Source of the DNA: Marsupella aquatica
Taxonomy: Eukaryota > Plantae > Marchantiophyta
Length of the DNA: 64,000 bases
Assembly: GCA_973895155.1 (NCBI GenBank)
Contig: OZ316898.1
Location: 5,257,079 to 5,321,078, forward strand
Reading direction: 5' to 3'
Positions 11,601 through 24,297 of the stretch are shown here, piece by piece (position 1 is the stretch's first letter; each line of letters begins with the position of its first letter). Made by a program: the position numbers and the translations under genes. Under the pieces are notes generated by a model, which worked only from the letters and a program-made list of their open reading frames with translations, ran no database searches and had not been told where the DNA came from.

Positions 11601-14600
11601 GCAACGACAATGGCAGTGGCAACAATGCACGACACTGTTCCAGAGGTAGGCCTAAACCGGCTTACAAAGGAGAACCCCTTTACTGGAGTCAAGGAGAGAC
11701 GGAGGCCGGAACACAAGCCGGGAGTCCGGATGTATGTAGGAGCCTCTAGTCCCGAAGCCGAGGAGAAGCAGGCCATAACTCCCGACCACAGCAAGGAGAG
11801 CAGGAGATCAACACGGAGACCGGAGGAGGAACCAAGACCGGCAGGAGGTGAAGCCGTGTTCACACCAAAACCAGGAGACGAGCGGGAGAAGCTGGTAGTC
11901 CAAGCCGAGGAGGAGGCGGTGGAGGACTACAGCAATGATAACTCCGGCTATGGGTTGGATCATCATGTTCCAGAAGTAAGGACCTGTGGTCGCTTCATCC
12001 CCACGCTCCCAAGAGTAGTCCGAGGGGACCCGAGCCAGCAGAGCAGCCCCGAGTCTCCCCCGCCAGATGTCGCTCCCCCAAGCTTTGACGGCATAAAACA
12101 GACGGTGCAAGAATTTCAGGAGCGAATCAGGGAGGAAGAGGAGGCAGCCCTGGCTAGAGAAAAGGATTTACCAGGAGGGGAATGGCCAGAGAACATTAGG
12201 CGGCTAGCCGAAAAAGGAAGCAAACCTCTAGCCACGATTGAAGAGATCCGCAAGACGGCTTGGGAGCAGAGGCCGCGATGGGGGATGCCGATCACTTCTA
12301 CCTACTCCACCTACGCTAAGAATAGAGCAAAGGAGTATGGTGAGATGTGTGGGGAACTTGCGCTCGGCATCTTTGGGGAGGAATTGGAGGTAGGACCCTT
12401 TTTCCATAGGGAGCAGTTGGAGAAGCGCCAATTGGAAGAAGCGGTGGCCTTGGAAAGAAGCAAGAAGGACGAGGTCATCCGTCGGCTTAGGGAAAGGGAA
12501 GCCGAAATCAAGGACCTGAGGGCGGCCAAGAAAGCCCAAGATGAGCTGCGGATTAAGCGGCATGAGCTAAATATCATGCAGGGCCAGTTGGATACCGCAC
12601 AATCTGATAACCGGATGATCGAGAATCTACTGACGCGGACCCAAGGAGAGTTGGCCGATGCGATCAAAGAGAGGGAGAAGTGGAAGCGAGAGCTGAGGAA
12701 TGCAGAGGAGGCCCACATAACAGCTAACAACCGGGCCATGGCGGAGACCCAAAGAAAGGAACGGGCGTTGAAAGGGGAGCTCAAGAAAAGCCGCGGAGCC
12801 CTTGAACAGAAGGAGGTCGAGTTAGGGAAATCCTATCAAGAGATTATGGCACTACAGCAGGAGCTTGCGTCCCTAACGGCCAGCTTCAAGGCCGACCTAA
12901 GGGAGAAGGACGTGATGCTCGATCAGACTTATGCCAAGATGAACCAGATGGAGTCTATCATCATTGCAGAGCTCGACAAGGAGCTAAGAGCAACCCGGGA
13001 GGAGAGGGCTACCTTGAAGAAGGAATTGGAGGAAGCCCACAGGGAGCAGGAGGAGGCCAAAAACGAGCTGGAGGGGGCACGTAAGGACCTGGATGAGACC
13101 CAAGAGGAGTTGGAGGAAATCACGAGGAAGATGGAGAACCTACAGCGGCGGGCCGACAACCAAACAAAGCGGCTGAAGAAACAAGCCGCAGTATTTAAAT
13201 GCTTAGCTGCAGCAGGTCCATCTCCCGTTGGGGCAAACCAGTTACCAGGGGTGGTAATTGCCGAAGGACAAGCCGCGCCACCTGCACCAGTGCCGGAAGT
13301 AAGTGGGAAGGGGAAGGGACCAGCTGCCAAGCCAGCGACGAAGAAGAAGCGGAAACCTTCAGGGTCAAGGAGTAATACGACTCCACGGGCCGAGGTGACC
13401 GAGGAGGTAGACCCGGCAACGACCCCAGACAAGATCAAGGCAGAGGATCCAACTACCCTAGGGGAAGGGGAGGCCGAAGCCGTGAGTGAGGATGAGGCCA
13501 AAGCCGGGGGTGATGTCGAGGCCGGTGTCGGGGCCGAAGCCGAAGGTGGACCCAGTCAGGCCGATGGAGAGTTGACTCAGTCAAGGGCAGGTAATCTGTC
13601 AGTAGACGGGCCAACGGCAGTGGCTGAGGAGGAAGCGTTGGGGGCGTCCACTGAGGGATAGACACCGCTGCCATGACGGTGGTGGAGGGCCGCTCCTTTC
13701 AAGGAGGGCGGACGTGGAGGGAGGAGGCGTGAGTGGGCAGGGCGGGCTCGGATCTCTAAGTTAGGATTAGGATCAGGACCAGGAAGCGGCCCTGACACTT
13801 AGCTTAGTGGGATTGCGGTTCCACTAGTAAGAGCAACACTTGTGCTCCTGCCTTGCTGTACATAGGTAGATTCGGGCAGGTAGATTATTGTCAGGTAGAT
13901 TAGGCTTACGCTGCAAAGAATTAGGCGGATCCACTACCAGGATAAGTACCTGGGCAGCGGGGAGCTCAGGGCCTCTTCTTTAGCAAGTTTTTAGTTTGCA
14001 CCAGCCGGGCTGGGATCAGGTAGTAAGAGAAGCTCTCGGTTAGTCATACTGTGACCTTGTGTATATTCATGTTTCCTCATGCCTAAGAGCTGAATAGAGT
14101 TGGCCTCACGGCTTAGTTCGCAGAGCTTGTGTATGAGATGTACTGTTTGTATGGCAAGTGTATGGTATGACTTAGTCAGAAGGAGTCATTTTGCTATTTG
14201 TGTGTCGCATTAACTTGTGTGAAGAGTGCCCACATCAACCAGAAGGAAGGAAAGTAAGCAAGGGAGTGAGTGTTGAATGTGTCGAGCTGAGAGAGGTCTT
14301 AGCGGCTTAACCAAGCCTATTGGGGATCATTCTGGCGGCGAAATCCAAACATACCTAACCAGAAGGAGAGGAAGACAAGGGAAGGCCTAGAGTAGGTCGG
14401 CTTCATATCTCATGACCCGATGAAGGATCTGTCCAGTATATGTGTGTAAATTGTTAATAGATGTAGAGGAGATTAGCAGCGTCCCATGCCTCTAAGCCGC
14501 GGAAACGGCCCCGCCAAGCGCGAAACCTGCTAGAATCGGCTTGAGCTGGGGGGTTTCTTGGGTTTAGGGAGCCATGGGACGCACCACAGTGTGCAGGTTG

Positions 14601-17403
14601 GATAGTCGAACCATCGACTCAAGTATTCACTAATGCCCCTATGCAGATGCAGCACGGAAGGGGGACAGGTATGTTGGTGAATGTTCAGTTGTTTTCCTAC
14701 AGTTTGTACTTAGTTTTCAGTACATATGTTTGCATCAATCTATTCATTAAAAGTGAATTATTATTCAATTTGTGAACATTTGGGCAATAGAAAGTGTACA
14801 TTTGGCTTTCAAAAAGTGTACATTTGGGCAAGAAATAAAAGTGATGACCATCAGACATACCACCATGTTCATCTTTTATAAATGAACTAGGATGAGACTC
14901 CTTCTAGTAAAGATCATTTTTTCTCCCTCAAGTTTACAATTGACTATTTAGGTGTAGACTATTGTACTATAGTATACCTTTTGGGGTTAAAAAGTGTACA
15001 TTTAGAGACCAAAAAGTGTACATTTCAAGGCCTAAAAGTGAACAAAATAAAATACACTTTTAATGAATAGGGCACAATTTGCACACACATACCTAGAAAG
15101 TGACATCATCCGGCCCCTGTACTAGGTTGGACAGGTGGTCCAGGGTCGCAACAATTTCAGAGTGCAGTCCCTGCACAGGCATCTACAGGCAGAGCTACAG
15201 GTATGTATGTTTGAAGAATTTTTCTTGAAGTGAAGCATTGAATGTTGCCGTCATCCATTCTGCTATATGTAGTTCTTAAGCATGAATGGCATTGTATTTT
15301 CCCAGGTGGCTTCAGAACCCCAGGTAGGGTGAATGAAGGGGTGGCCAATACAACGCCCAGTACTACCGAGAGCAGTGCACGAGGGGAGGTGACAAAGAAA
15401 GGGAACGTAAAGTTGAATGAGAGACAATGGGTGGATGCTGAGTGTCCTCGCAAGAACCGATGGCATGCTGATTTGAAAGCTGAAGTATTGCGTTGGTTAG
15501 ATGTGAGTGTTATTAATTTTAAAACACAGTATCCAAAAGATTGGAAGACTGTATGTGAAAATGTTGCTGCCAAATGGAATTATGTGGGCAGTGATGATGG
15601 CGTGGACATAGGTTGCCTAGAGAGTACAACAGGTAAAATCATCAAGCAAGAGAGGTGGAGAATGCATAAGGCTTGGAAGGAAGGTGGGGAGAAGCCAGAT
15701 ATGCCTCCACCAGCCAGTTGTGATGATAAAGTGTGGGAAAGGTTAGTAGCTTATTTTGTAACAGATGCTTCAAAAAAGAAGAGTTCACAGATGACCGAGG
15801 CCAGGTTGAGTGTTCAGAACCCTAATCTGACAGGAAGGACTGGCACTGCACCGACAGCTAAACGTTTGGTAAGAATGAATGGCCTAGCTATGTAATTTAT
15901 GCTACACTATGTACTGTTTTTTAGTGTAAACCCATACATGTAAACTTTGTTTTTTAGTGTACGTTCCCTGAATATTGATCGATAACTTGTGTTTGCCATG
16001 CATGTGCAGAAAGCCCAATTGGGGCAAAGCCCTTCAAAAGAAGAGTTGAGGGCTGAAATTGTGAACACCCGGGCTCAAGAGGGTGCATCTGAATCCTCCA
16101 AGCATGTAAGTTATATGAGTTCTGATTGGTAATTGAATGACCTGCGTTGAATTTCAGGTGTACACTGTATATAACATTGATTGTGCATATATTGCCCAAC
16201 ATTTCATATGGAGTGATTGAACCTATACCCCTGTGTCATGTAGGGAGGTGGATCTTCACTTACAAAGATAAGTGGTCGTTTGAAGGCTGTCGAAACATGT
16301 GACCTTCCAGAGATCAATGAACGTTTGAATTCATTGACTGACTTGTTCCATGTGAACTTCAAGACATTAATGGAAGTTGTTGTGTCGGTGAGAGATAAAA
16401 TTGATTCCAATTTTGCAGGAGTTCCACCATCACCACTTGAGGTGGCAAAGTCGATGCACTCTTCTGGCATGCCAACGACATGTAGGCTTGAAGGTAAGGC
16501 CTTTACAACTGTGTGGGATATGATTATTAAATGTATAGTTTGAATTGACATTGTTTGTTGAATGTGTTATTTTCAGTAACATATATTGTGGTTGTTGTGT
16601 CCATAGAGAATAAGACAGGTGCTACAGAGAAGAAGTATGAGAACCTGGCAAATACTCGCTATAATTTAGAGGCAACAAAGTTGCAGTCTGTACAAGCAAC
16701 TTGTTTGACAGAGGGCAGTCAACCATGTTTGGATGAGGATGACATTGGCAAGGGAGTGGATGATATCAATGTTGGGGCAAATGAGGATATCAGCAAGCAT
16801 GACAATGATACCATTGAGCCAGATTCATGCTATGTAGATCTTGACTCCATTGCAGAGATAAATGATTTGCAGAATGTATCATTCTCAATGACAGGTGTGC
16901 CTCTTGTTGAGATAAATCCAACCAAAGAGTTAGTTGGTATGACACTCCCAGGTGATGAACTTGCTACTGTGACAGTCCTAACAGAGGAACCTACTGAGCC
17001 TAGCTTCACTACTGTGAAGAGAGGAAGCATGCGCACACGAAGCAAGTCTGCTGGTGGGAGCAGAGCCACGTCAAAGGTTTCATACAAACCTCCAAGAACG
17101 GTGCTGGTAGAAAGATCTAAGGTGGAAGTGGGGAAAGCACCTAATGCTGAGGGACAAAGTGGCTTGTTAGCTGTTGATGAGAGTGGAACACGAGTAGGAT
17201 TTGGCAGAGTGCAGGTTGGTTCCACAACGTTCCATGGCAAGAGGATTCCCCCAGGTTATTCAGTAGTGTTAGTCACATTACTAGTGAAACCTAAAGCTGT
17301 CCTTCCCATTCCAAACACAAATGATGATCCTCCTCAAAAGACACTTGGAGATGCTGCAGGTTCTTTGGTATTATGGCCAAGCAAGTTCATAGAGGATCCA
17401 TAA
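8634..17403 (+). CDS. CACTA TnpA-like multi-exon gene (Transposase_24- and Transposase_23-like domains); exon structure approximate
   Basis: The exon at ~15305-15868 has WERLVAYF...KKKSSQMTEAR...TGRTG. The last exon has TTFHGKRIP...LPIPN.DDPPQKTLGDAAGSLVLWP. Short acidic and low-complexity upstream exons are present, and one intron holds the 9881-14588 insertion. Confidence 0.65.
9881..14588. mobile_element. 4.7-kb LTR-type insertion (solo-LTR-like) with 5-bp TSD GTGTG
   Basis: Starts TGTGATGC and ends GCACCACA (7/8 inverted match). GTGTG at 9876-9880 and 14589-14593. Abrupt shift to CpG-rich composition; removing the insert restores an intron ending gtgtgcag. Confidence 0.85.
9996..13661 (+). 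pseudogene. Large retroelement accessory ORF (plant-mobile-domain-like region plus long coiled coil), one in-frame stop
   Basis: ORFs 9996-10397 and 10440-13661 share a frame and are separated only by TAG 10395-10397. Motif GKDFYLTPKVVAEVFGLP and a ~300-aa E/K/R/L heptad region; no RT, RNase H or integrase motifs. Confidence 0.6.
14740..15070. repeat. MITE-like inverted-repeat element in TnpA intron
   Basis: Perfect 16-bp inverted repeat CTATTCATTAAAAGTG (14740-14755 / 15055-15070). AT-rich interior with repeated AAAGTGTACATTT. No clear TSD. Confidence 0.45.
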
Positions 17404-17899
17404 CAATGTCATGCCATTATTTGTTTGTAGTGTGAGTCATGTTATGTAGATTTTAGATGTCAAGAAGCAGTACAAGAATCATGTCCTCTTGGAGATTCAT
17501 AGTATCATGCATGTGCTTTCAGTTATCTCATCCTACAGTCATCAATTATGAGTTCCTGTTTTGTCTGAATTACATTGATCACATTGTAAACTATTCCATT
17601 GGAATTCAAATGATCTTCATTTTTTAGCAAGATTGTGATTGTGTTTAATTCTTATGAATGTTTTATGTAGGATCTGCTTATATGATGCTTTGCTTCATGT
17701 GGATGTCATTCATGCTAAGTTCATTTCTTGTATTCAATGTGTTATATTTCTAAAGTTAGAACATCAGGTTTCTATGTATTGTAATGTCGAGTGCTCTCTC
17801 TCCTTATGAACTGTCCCTCTGTGTTCATTAGTCATGGTTATAACTTGCATGTAAACCTTATTAGTTATAAACATGAGTATATAGAGTCCCAAATGGTTC

Positions 17900-18258
17900 T
17901 GTTGTGTGACGCGGGCCAGGGTCTCCATTGGTCTCTCCTGTGACACTAAATGGTCACACGCTAGTCGTTGTTGAATGCGGGTAAGTCATGTATGTGACTT
18001 ACGATGTGACTCGCTGAAGTCATATTGCAGTCACGTCGAAACAAGGCTAGACTCCACAATAAAGTCACAGATCAGTCACAAATGGGTATCAAGCAAGTTG
18101 CAAAGCCCAGTCTCAATAGTGACTTCCATTTTTTGGTCTCAACTTTTGCAACTCCAAGGGTCACAGCGTGGGTCAAGTCACGTTCAGTCACAATGAAGTC
18201 ACATGAGCCAAAATGAGTCACATATTGCGGTCTCAGTTCACCTCGGATTCTTCTAGTG
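17900..18258 (+). repeat. CACTA 3' subterminal repeats and TIR
   Basis: More than 12 GTCAC/GTGAC motifs in both orientations, ending in TAGTG at 18254-18258. The next 3 bp, TCT, are the predicted TSD. Confidence 0.85.
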
Positions 18259-18758
18259 TCTGCCACCCAATTTGAAATGCAATGTGCTTTATCTGTTATA
18301 CCTTGCATTTGTGATTGTTTATGAAGTGTTTTCATAGCCAATGTCGTAAGGAAACAGTATCATAAGAAAACAGTGTCTTATTGTACAACCTACTAGCAGG
18401 ATCCAATGGCAGGGTCTGAAGAGGACAATATTATGGACAATCTTCGGCCTTTCATAATTGACAAAAAACATTTACACATTGCTGAGACACTACACTCCAA
18501 AGGGATCACAGTTGATGTATTGTTATCATTGTCATAGAGCGAACTGGAGTGCCTTAGTTATCAGAAAGTGCTTTCAGTGGAATTGGTGGGCATGGAATTT
18601 GTACTCAAGGCTGCAATTTGATCTCAAAAGGAAAGCCAAAATGGTAGTTCCAACTGTATTTTTATTTTGCATAATAGATAAGCTATCTGTGCTGGCATCG
18701 TGCCATACAAGTAGGCACCTTACTATGGCTTGTGTGTGTGCAGAAGGAGCGCCACATC

Positions 18759-19006
18759 GAAAGAGGCTAAAATTGTTGGAAGAATGCAACAACTCCATGG
18801 CAGTAGTTCCCACTAGAGAAATGTATTTTGAGAAACTCTTGGAACCTCCTACTCACCTTCCCATAGAGCCAGATGAAATTGAAAGAGGCTAAATTGTTGG
18901 AAGAATGCAACAACTGAGCCATGGCAGTAGTTCCCACTAGAGAAATGTATTTTGAGAAACTCTTAGAACCTCCTAGTACTCACCTTCCCATAGAGCTAGA
19001 TGACAT
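18759..19006 (+). repeat. ~122-bp direct tandem duplication
   Basis: GAAAGAGGCTAAA...CCCATAGAGC.AGATGA occurs at 18759 and 18881. Confidence 0.9.
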
Positions 19007-19341
19007 CAAGGCATTTTGGACCAGATACCAATAAAGCTTCTAGTGGAAAAACTGCTTTTCGAGAGGCTACAAGACAATGGGCTTTTGACATCTGAAGGTC
19101 CTGAAGAGGCTAAAACCTTGGACTCATGCCTCCTATGATATTTGCTCAGGATGCACAATACTCATTCACCAAATGAGGATACCAACTTAGCTTACTTATT
19201 ACATTTCACTGGAAAATTGATCGCTTAATTAAATGATGAGGGTCCTCAAAGCAATTAACTACAAAATTTGTGTGCTACTAACAGTGGAGTCAGCCAATCT
19301 CCATTCAGATACTCAAACAACATTGCACCCACTAGAACAAT

Positions 19342-21168
19342 TGTTAAGACCCAATTTCCACCTGTTTATGAAATTGGGGGGGGGGGGGGGTACTATCAAA
19401 ATCTTTAAGAACCACGTGCGATCCCCGGTGCGATCCAAAATAGGTATTTTTGATATAAATTAAATAAATTTTTAAAAAGCATAGGAGGCAAAAGAAGGTA
19501 TTATAAACTCATATTTATAATAAAATATTTTATAATATATACCTTTTATAAAGTAAAATAGGTTAATAATATTGAACATAGAAAATATTCTTGGAATTAT
19601 ATTTTCTTTAGAAAATAGGTCTATTTATATTAGGTTGAGATAACATGTGGTACCCAAAATATACATTATTTTAGTTAATCCCCGAGTTTGTGAATGTTTT
19701 TATTCTCAGGAGTGGTGGACCTTGCCACCCAACGCCCTCACCAATCCCAGCACCCACGCCTAAGTGTCCTTGATGCCCAAACGCCTCCATGGAACTCCTT
19801 GAGCAAGCAACTTGATGCCCCTTGCATTGATCACAACCCCTCTCATACAAGGCCGCACTTGCTCCCTAACATAACCATTGCTCAATGGTCCTCACTGTCT
19901 GCACAAGTAACCAAGTACCTCGGTAACCAACCCGATAGGATCTAGATCTCCCCCAAGTTTAGCCTCCTAACTCAAGCTCAATAGACATTTGGTAAGTAGG
20001 TCAACGATAGGTGCTCCCGATACCATAAGCCGGAACCAGAGCCGATACCCACTATTTGTCCAGAACAGCCCCTCTTCGGGTGCAGCTCGGGTTCCCCCTT
20101 GTACCTATCCATCACCAACTGACCGTCATGCCTCCAGGCAATGTTCATGGCCCAAATAGCGTAGCATGTCCTAAAGCTTGTCCCAACACGTTGGGACCAG
20201 AATGGCCTTGACTCTAATAACCAACTCCCGGTTCTCACCCCACTAATGCTCTAGGGACCAAGTGCCCTTGGAATTCAACCTCCACGCCTAGCTACTTGGC
20301 CTTGCCTCCCCTACGCAAGCTCCCTTGGGCGAATGAATGCGACTTGACTGTTATTTCGGCAGAATTTGGCAAGCGGGTGAAATACCCCCCATAAACCCAA
20401 CACACCCAAGAAGTCATCCAACGGACTTCCCGTTGGGAAGTTATCGTCGTTTTCGTTTGACATTTTTCCTTAGTGTGGCGACCACTGCGGCTCACGACTT
20501 CGGCTTGCCTTTAGCCCCTAGGGAGACACCACTCCCCTCATATATGCTTCTAGAGACCTGCCACACCCAGATCTACTTTGGTCCTCCACTTGGACCCCAA
20601 CTTGCACGTAAGGGCTCGCCACCAACTGGTTACGCCCATGGATAACTTTCTAGTTAGGCGCCTGTAAGTGGAGTATCTTAGTCCGTTGTGATTGAGCCGA
20701 CCCAATGCGCATGTCTAGGCCCTCAGATCCCGTTGTCGCCCCAGGCCCCTGATCGGCCAAACCCAGATTGGGCCGTGAGTCGTGCCCCATGCATCCGTTG
20801 CCCATGGAGTAAACTCCATTTGCCTTGGGCCCAAGAGGAGCTTTCACTCAAGCCCTCAAAACTCAATTCTGTCTGGGGGTCCGAATGGTCGACCTTGAGC
20901 CCGGCCCTTTCCCTTTGACCCAACCAGCCCTCAGCTAGTCTAAGTCCTTAGTGTGTGTCACCAACTTAGCACCTTGCCTTTGCCATGCAGTGCCACGCCC
21001 CATTGCCCACAAGTCTCTCCATGCTAAGTCCTCCCCGGATGACCATTCCGGGTTTGGACCATAAGAGAACTCGTCATTGGAGTCATTGATGCCGGTTCTA
21101 AGTGTTAAGGTAGTCGAGTTCTGCAATTGAAATAGTCCATTCACGATGGAGTGGGTGAGAACGTGACA
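19342..21168. mobile_element. Degenerate solo-LTR-like insertion
   Basis: Starts TGTTAAGACCC and ends GAGAACGTGACA. Composition differs from the flanks and it interrupts a decayed coding region. TSD is imperfect. Confidence 0.4.
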
Positions 21169-21184
21169 AAATTGAGGGTCACCT

Positions 21185-22230
21185 GTGTATTACAGTGCGC
21201 TTTCTTATGTGATTGGTGGTCTCTATGTCGGAAACATTTTTCAATGGCTCAGGCTCGTTCCATGGGGCAAGGGGATCGTTTCCGAAGCCATATCAAGGAG
21301 GTATGACTTGAATTCATTGAAAGGTGTAGCGCACTTCCTTCATAGCAATATGCAAATGCATAGTCTCCTTCAAAAACTACAAGAGATGCTGATGGTTCCT
21401 GAGGTGGAGGTGTATACTAACATTACAAAAGGACTGCGTGGAAGTGTATATATCCGCAGCTTGTAAATAAGGAACTCTTAGGTGTTGACAAGGCAAGCTG
21501 GTCTCTGAGAAAGGCGCTTTATAAGTCAATTACGGGTTCCAGGTACCTTATCCATGGCGAACCCCAAAATTCGAGGAAGAGAAGAGTGTTGCACCTGGAA
21601 CCTGTGGGCAACCCGTATGCAAAGCCTCATAGTTTGAAGGATTTAGAAGACGCCAGCTCATGATATTTTATGTGGTCTCAAAGACTTGCACCAAGCAGGA
21701 TATACCCATAGGGATATATGTTGGGACAATTGTATCAAAGTGAATGTTAAGGGTAATTGGAAATGGATCTTGATAGACCTAGAATCTGCGGGTGTTGATG
21801 ACGAAGAATGGGCATTCAAAGTTTTCAACGGTTGGGACCAGAGGTATTTGCTTGATTGACCCCCAAAATGAAACTTGTTACTTGATCAACCCCCTGAGGT
21901 CTATCAACGGTTCAGATCTGAGATCTAAAGATCCATCAACTGTCCAGATTGGGGAAAAGCATGGAGGGGGTTGACTAAGCAAACTTTTTCAAGAAGGGGG
22001 TCTACTAAGCATATCTCTCGTTGGGACCATGATACTTTGGAGGCATCCGACATTTATCAACTAGGGAAACTCATATGTGAATGACTACATGAGCGATCTG
22101 GAAGGGATGAGAAAGGTTACAAAGTCATGAATTCCCGGGGAGAAAAGATGATGCGAGAACGTTTACCAGCAGTGGAGGTCAAAAAAGAATTCTCCCTGCA
22201 ACCTTGTAAAAGGTGTCTAATTTTTGGTGA
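21185..22230 (+). pseudogene. Protein kinase pseudogene (possibly Crinkler-like REase-kinase type)
   Basis: HDILCGLKDLHQAGYTHRDICWDNCIKV...WILIDLESAG, then after the MITE WDHDTLEASDIYQLGKL. Multiple stops and frameshifts. Confidence 0.7.
21841..22019. mobile_element. Mutator-like MITE (179 bp)
   Basis: 10-bp TSD GTTGGGACCA (21831-21840, 22020-22029). Imperfect ~60-bp TIRs GAG...TGCTT...GACCCCC. Confidence 0.9.
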
Positions 22231-22956
22231 GTCTCTCCTTGAATTCTTTCTTGGCCTACAGGGTGCCTTTAGGTTGATTTAAAATTTTATACAAAACTCC
22301 ATTGTCCTGGTGCTGTACAGAATTGCAATTTGAACCTAACAAGGTTTTTCTCTCAGGTTGTTGACAGGAAACAACAGTTTGGTGCTTGGATTTAGTATGC
22401 TTGCTCTACAAGGTAGTTGATGAATGCCCTGGAGCAGTGTCAGGCCTTTTGACCTTGTTGAATTTGTCACCCGTTGATTTGCTTTCTAGCACTAATTGCA
22501 TGGTAGTTACTCGCACCTTGTTGAAGTCATCAGATTGGCAGGGATGGGGAATTTACGGTTGTTAGATCTTTCCGCGTTTTAGTTGAAGTTGATGTAGTGT
22601 GGCTTTCATACATTTGCAGTGTGCATATGAGTAACTTGAAGTACTTTTGTGATATCATGGAATATGGAAATTTACGTTGGCCGTTGGGTTTTCGTTGCAG
22701 ATGGGAAGGACGACACGGGGCTTTTGTATGAAAGCTGCTTTGTTTGACTGCCGTGCCTTTTCGGTTGCGGTTGTCCTGACCATTCCGTGAATTGCTAAAA
22801 AGTCGCAGATTCTATTTGTCAGCTAGGCTCGTTTCTCTCTTCCTGGGAGAGATCGACATCCCGGAGCTTCTTTCAAGGATTTGTAGTGTTTCTGCAATTG
22901 ACTCACTCGGACGTAAGAGATACTTCCCGATCTTGTGAATTCTCGAGTAAAGCAAG

Positions 22957-23530
22957 ATGTCGGCCTTTCATAGTGGCTATGGCTCCTCTTCCGAGCCTCC
23001 ATTCGCATCCTGGTCTCAAAGTATTGTAGGTATACCCAGTTCAGACCACGAGATTGCAAATTATATGATATTGCCCTGAGTAGGCGCGGTAGACCTCCTG
23101 CAGTACAGTTCCCTTTAACGAGCAATCTTGACAAGAAGATTCGTATAAAATCACCATTATTTTCATGACTTTTGATATGCCTGTTAGACCACAGATTATT
23201 TCTGTGGATGTATAACTAAACGTACTGACGTTGGTCACTGGCTTTCTTAGGTGAATGATTCCGTCTATAAATTCGACAAGTCGTATGGCAGTCCTACTAT
23301 GCAAATTCTGTTCTTTTATGGACTCCAATTTGAGGATTCGTTGGAAACTCACTTCCGTAATTGTGAAAGTAGAGACGGGTCTGTCATTTGGTCTGAAAAT
23401 TGGTTGGTTGAAGATTTTCCTGCTGCCGAGATCCTGTCTGTCCAAGCTTTGGAAATGTGCTCGATTTTGAAGGAATGCATTTATATTGCATTCTTCATAG
23501 GAGCAACATTTTTTTAGAAAGCTGGAGAAT
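22957..23530 (+). pseudogene. Relic hydrolase-NLR 5' exons (older paralog, internally deleted)
   Basis: Exon-1 equivalent MSAFHSGYGSSS and exon 2 VNDSVYKFD...WLVEDFPAAEILS are homologous to 27238-27810, then the sequence jumps to a degenerate KG..Y..H.S.IF segment. Confidence 0.85.
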
Positions 23531-24297
23531 TAACAGTAATTTTTGTCTATTTGGTCATAAGCTGGCATTTCTCTCCACATAGCTCAAGCCTACAATAATG
23601 AACTTTAGTATTGTCCTATAAAGGTTACAGAATATAGAAAGAGAATTTCCCCAGTGGTTTAAGAAAAAACAGTGGCAGTGTTGAGTTTGAAAATTACAGG
23701 TTGCAGCGCTCTCCACATAGCTTGAGACACTCTGGTGCATGGAGCACCACATGTTCTTTTTCATACCACACATCTTTCCAGGAAGATTCATTGGATTCAT
23801 TGGCAGGAGGCTAGAATTTTACAAGAGGGAATAGTGTTTACAAATGTAGAAGGGTGCCTCCTCTTAGTATGAAGGTATGAAGGTGACCGATTCCGATTGC
23901 TATGGAGAGACCACCAGTCGCAGTGGTGACTATAAACCAAGGTTTGCAAAGTTTCCTCCAACATTGTGATTAACTGCAGTACCAGCTTTGCGAGACCAAC
24001 AGGTTGAAACAGATCCCCGCTTGAGTCTCTTTCATTGGGAGTGCTGCAATGACATTCAGGCTGCTTATGTTTGGCTCCAAATTTATCAAAAATTACAGTT
24101 GACTTTATGGAGCACGGGACTAGCTTTGTCGGGCGTCACTCTTCTAAATTTCCAGCCTGTAATTTACTCCAGCAGAGTCTCAGCCTTTAGGAAGTATCCA
24201 CCCCCAAAAATGCTCAAGCTCCGTTGTAGTACCCAAGTCCCACTTTCATAAGCCTTCCAAGCCTCAGATCAAAATTCTGATGGTGGAAACATGCTCT

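Larger units (their letters stand above)
1..18258 (+). mobile_element. CACTA (En/Spm) DNA transposon, decayed; 5' end upstream of window
   Basis: TnpD- and TnpA-type coding remnants. The terminus ...GGATTCTTCTAGTG at 18258 (reverse complement CACTAGAAGAATCC) is preceded by dense GTCAC/GTGAC subterminal repeats. No matching 5' TIR was seen, so the left extent is inferred. Confidence 0.8.

Noticed and set aside
13800-14588. Hammerhead ribozyme/retrozyme in the LTR-like insert
   Set aside because: Stem-loops are present, but I found no CTGATGA...GAAA core on either strand.
19376-19390. Poly-G tract as a functional G-quadruplex or PPT
   Set aside because: Simple homopolymer inside a degenerate repeat with no supporting context.
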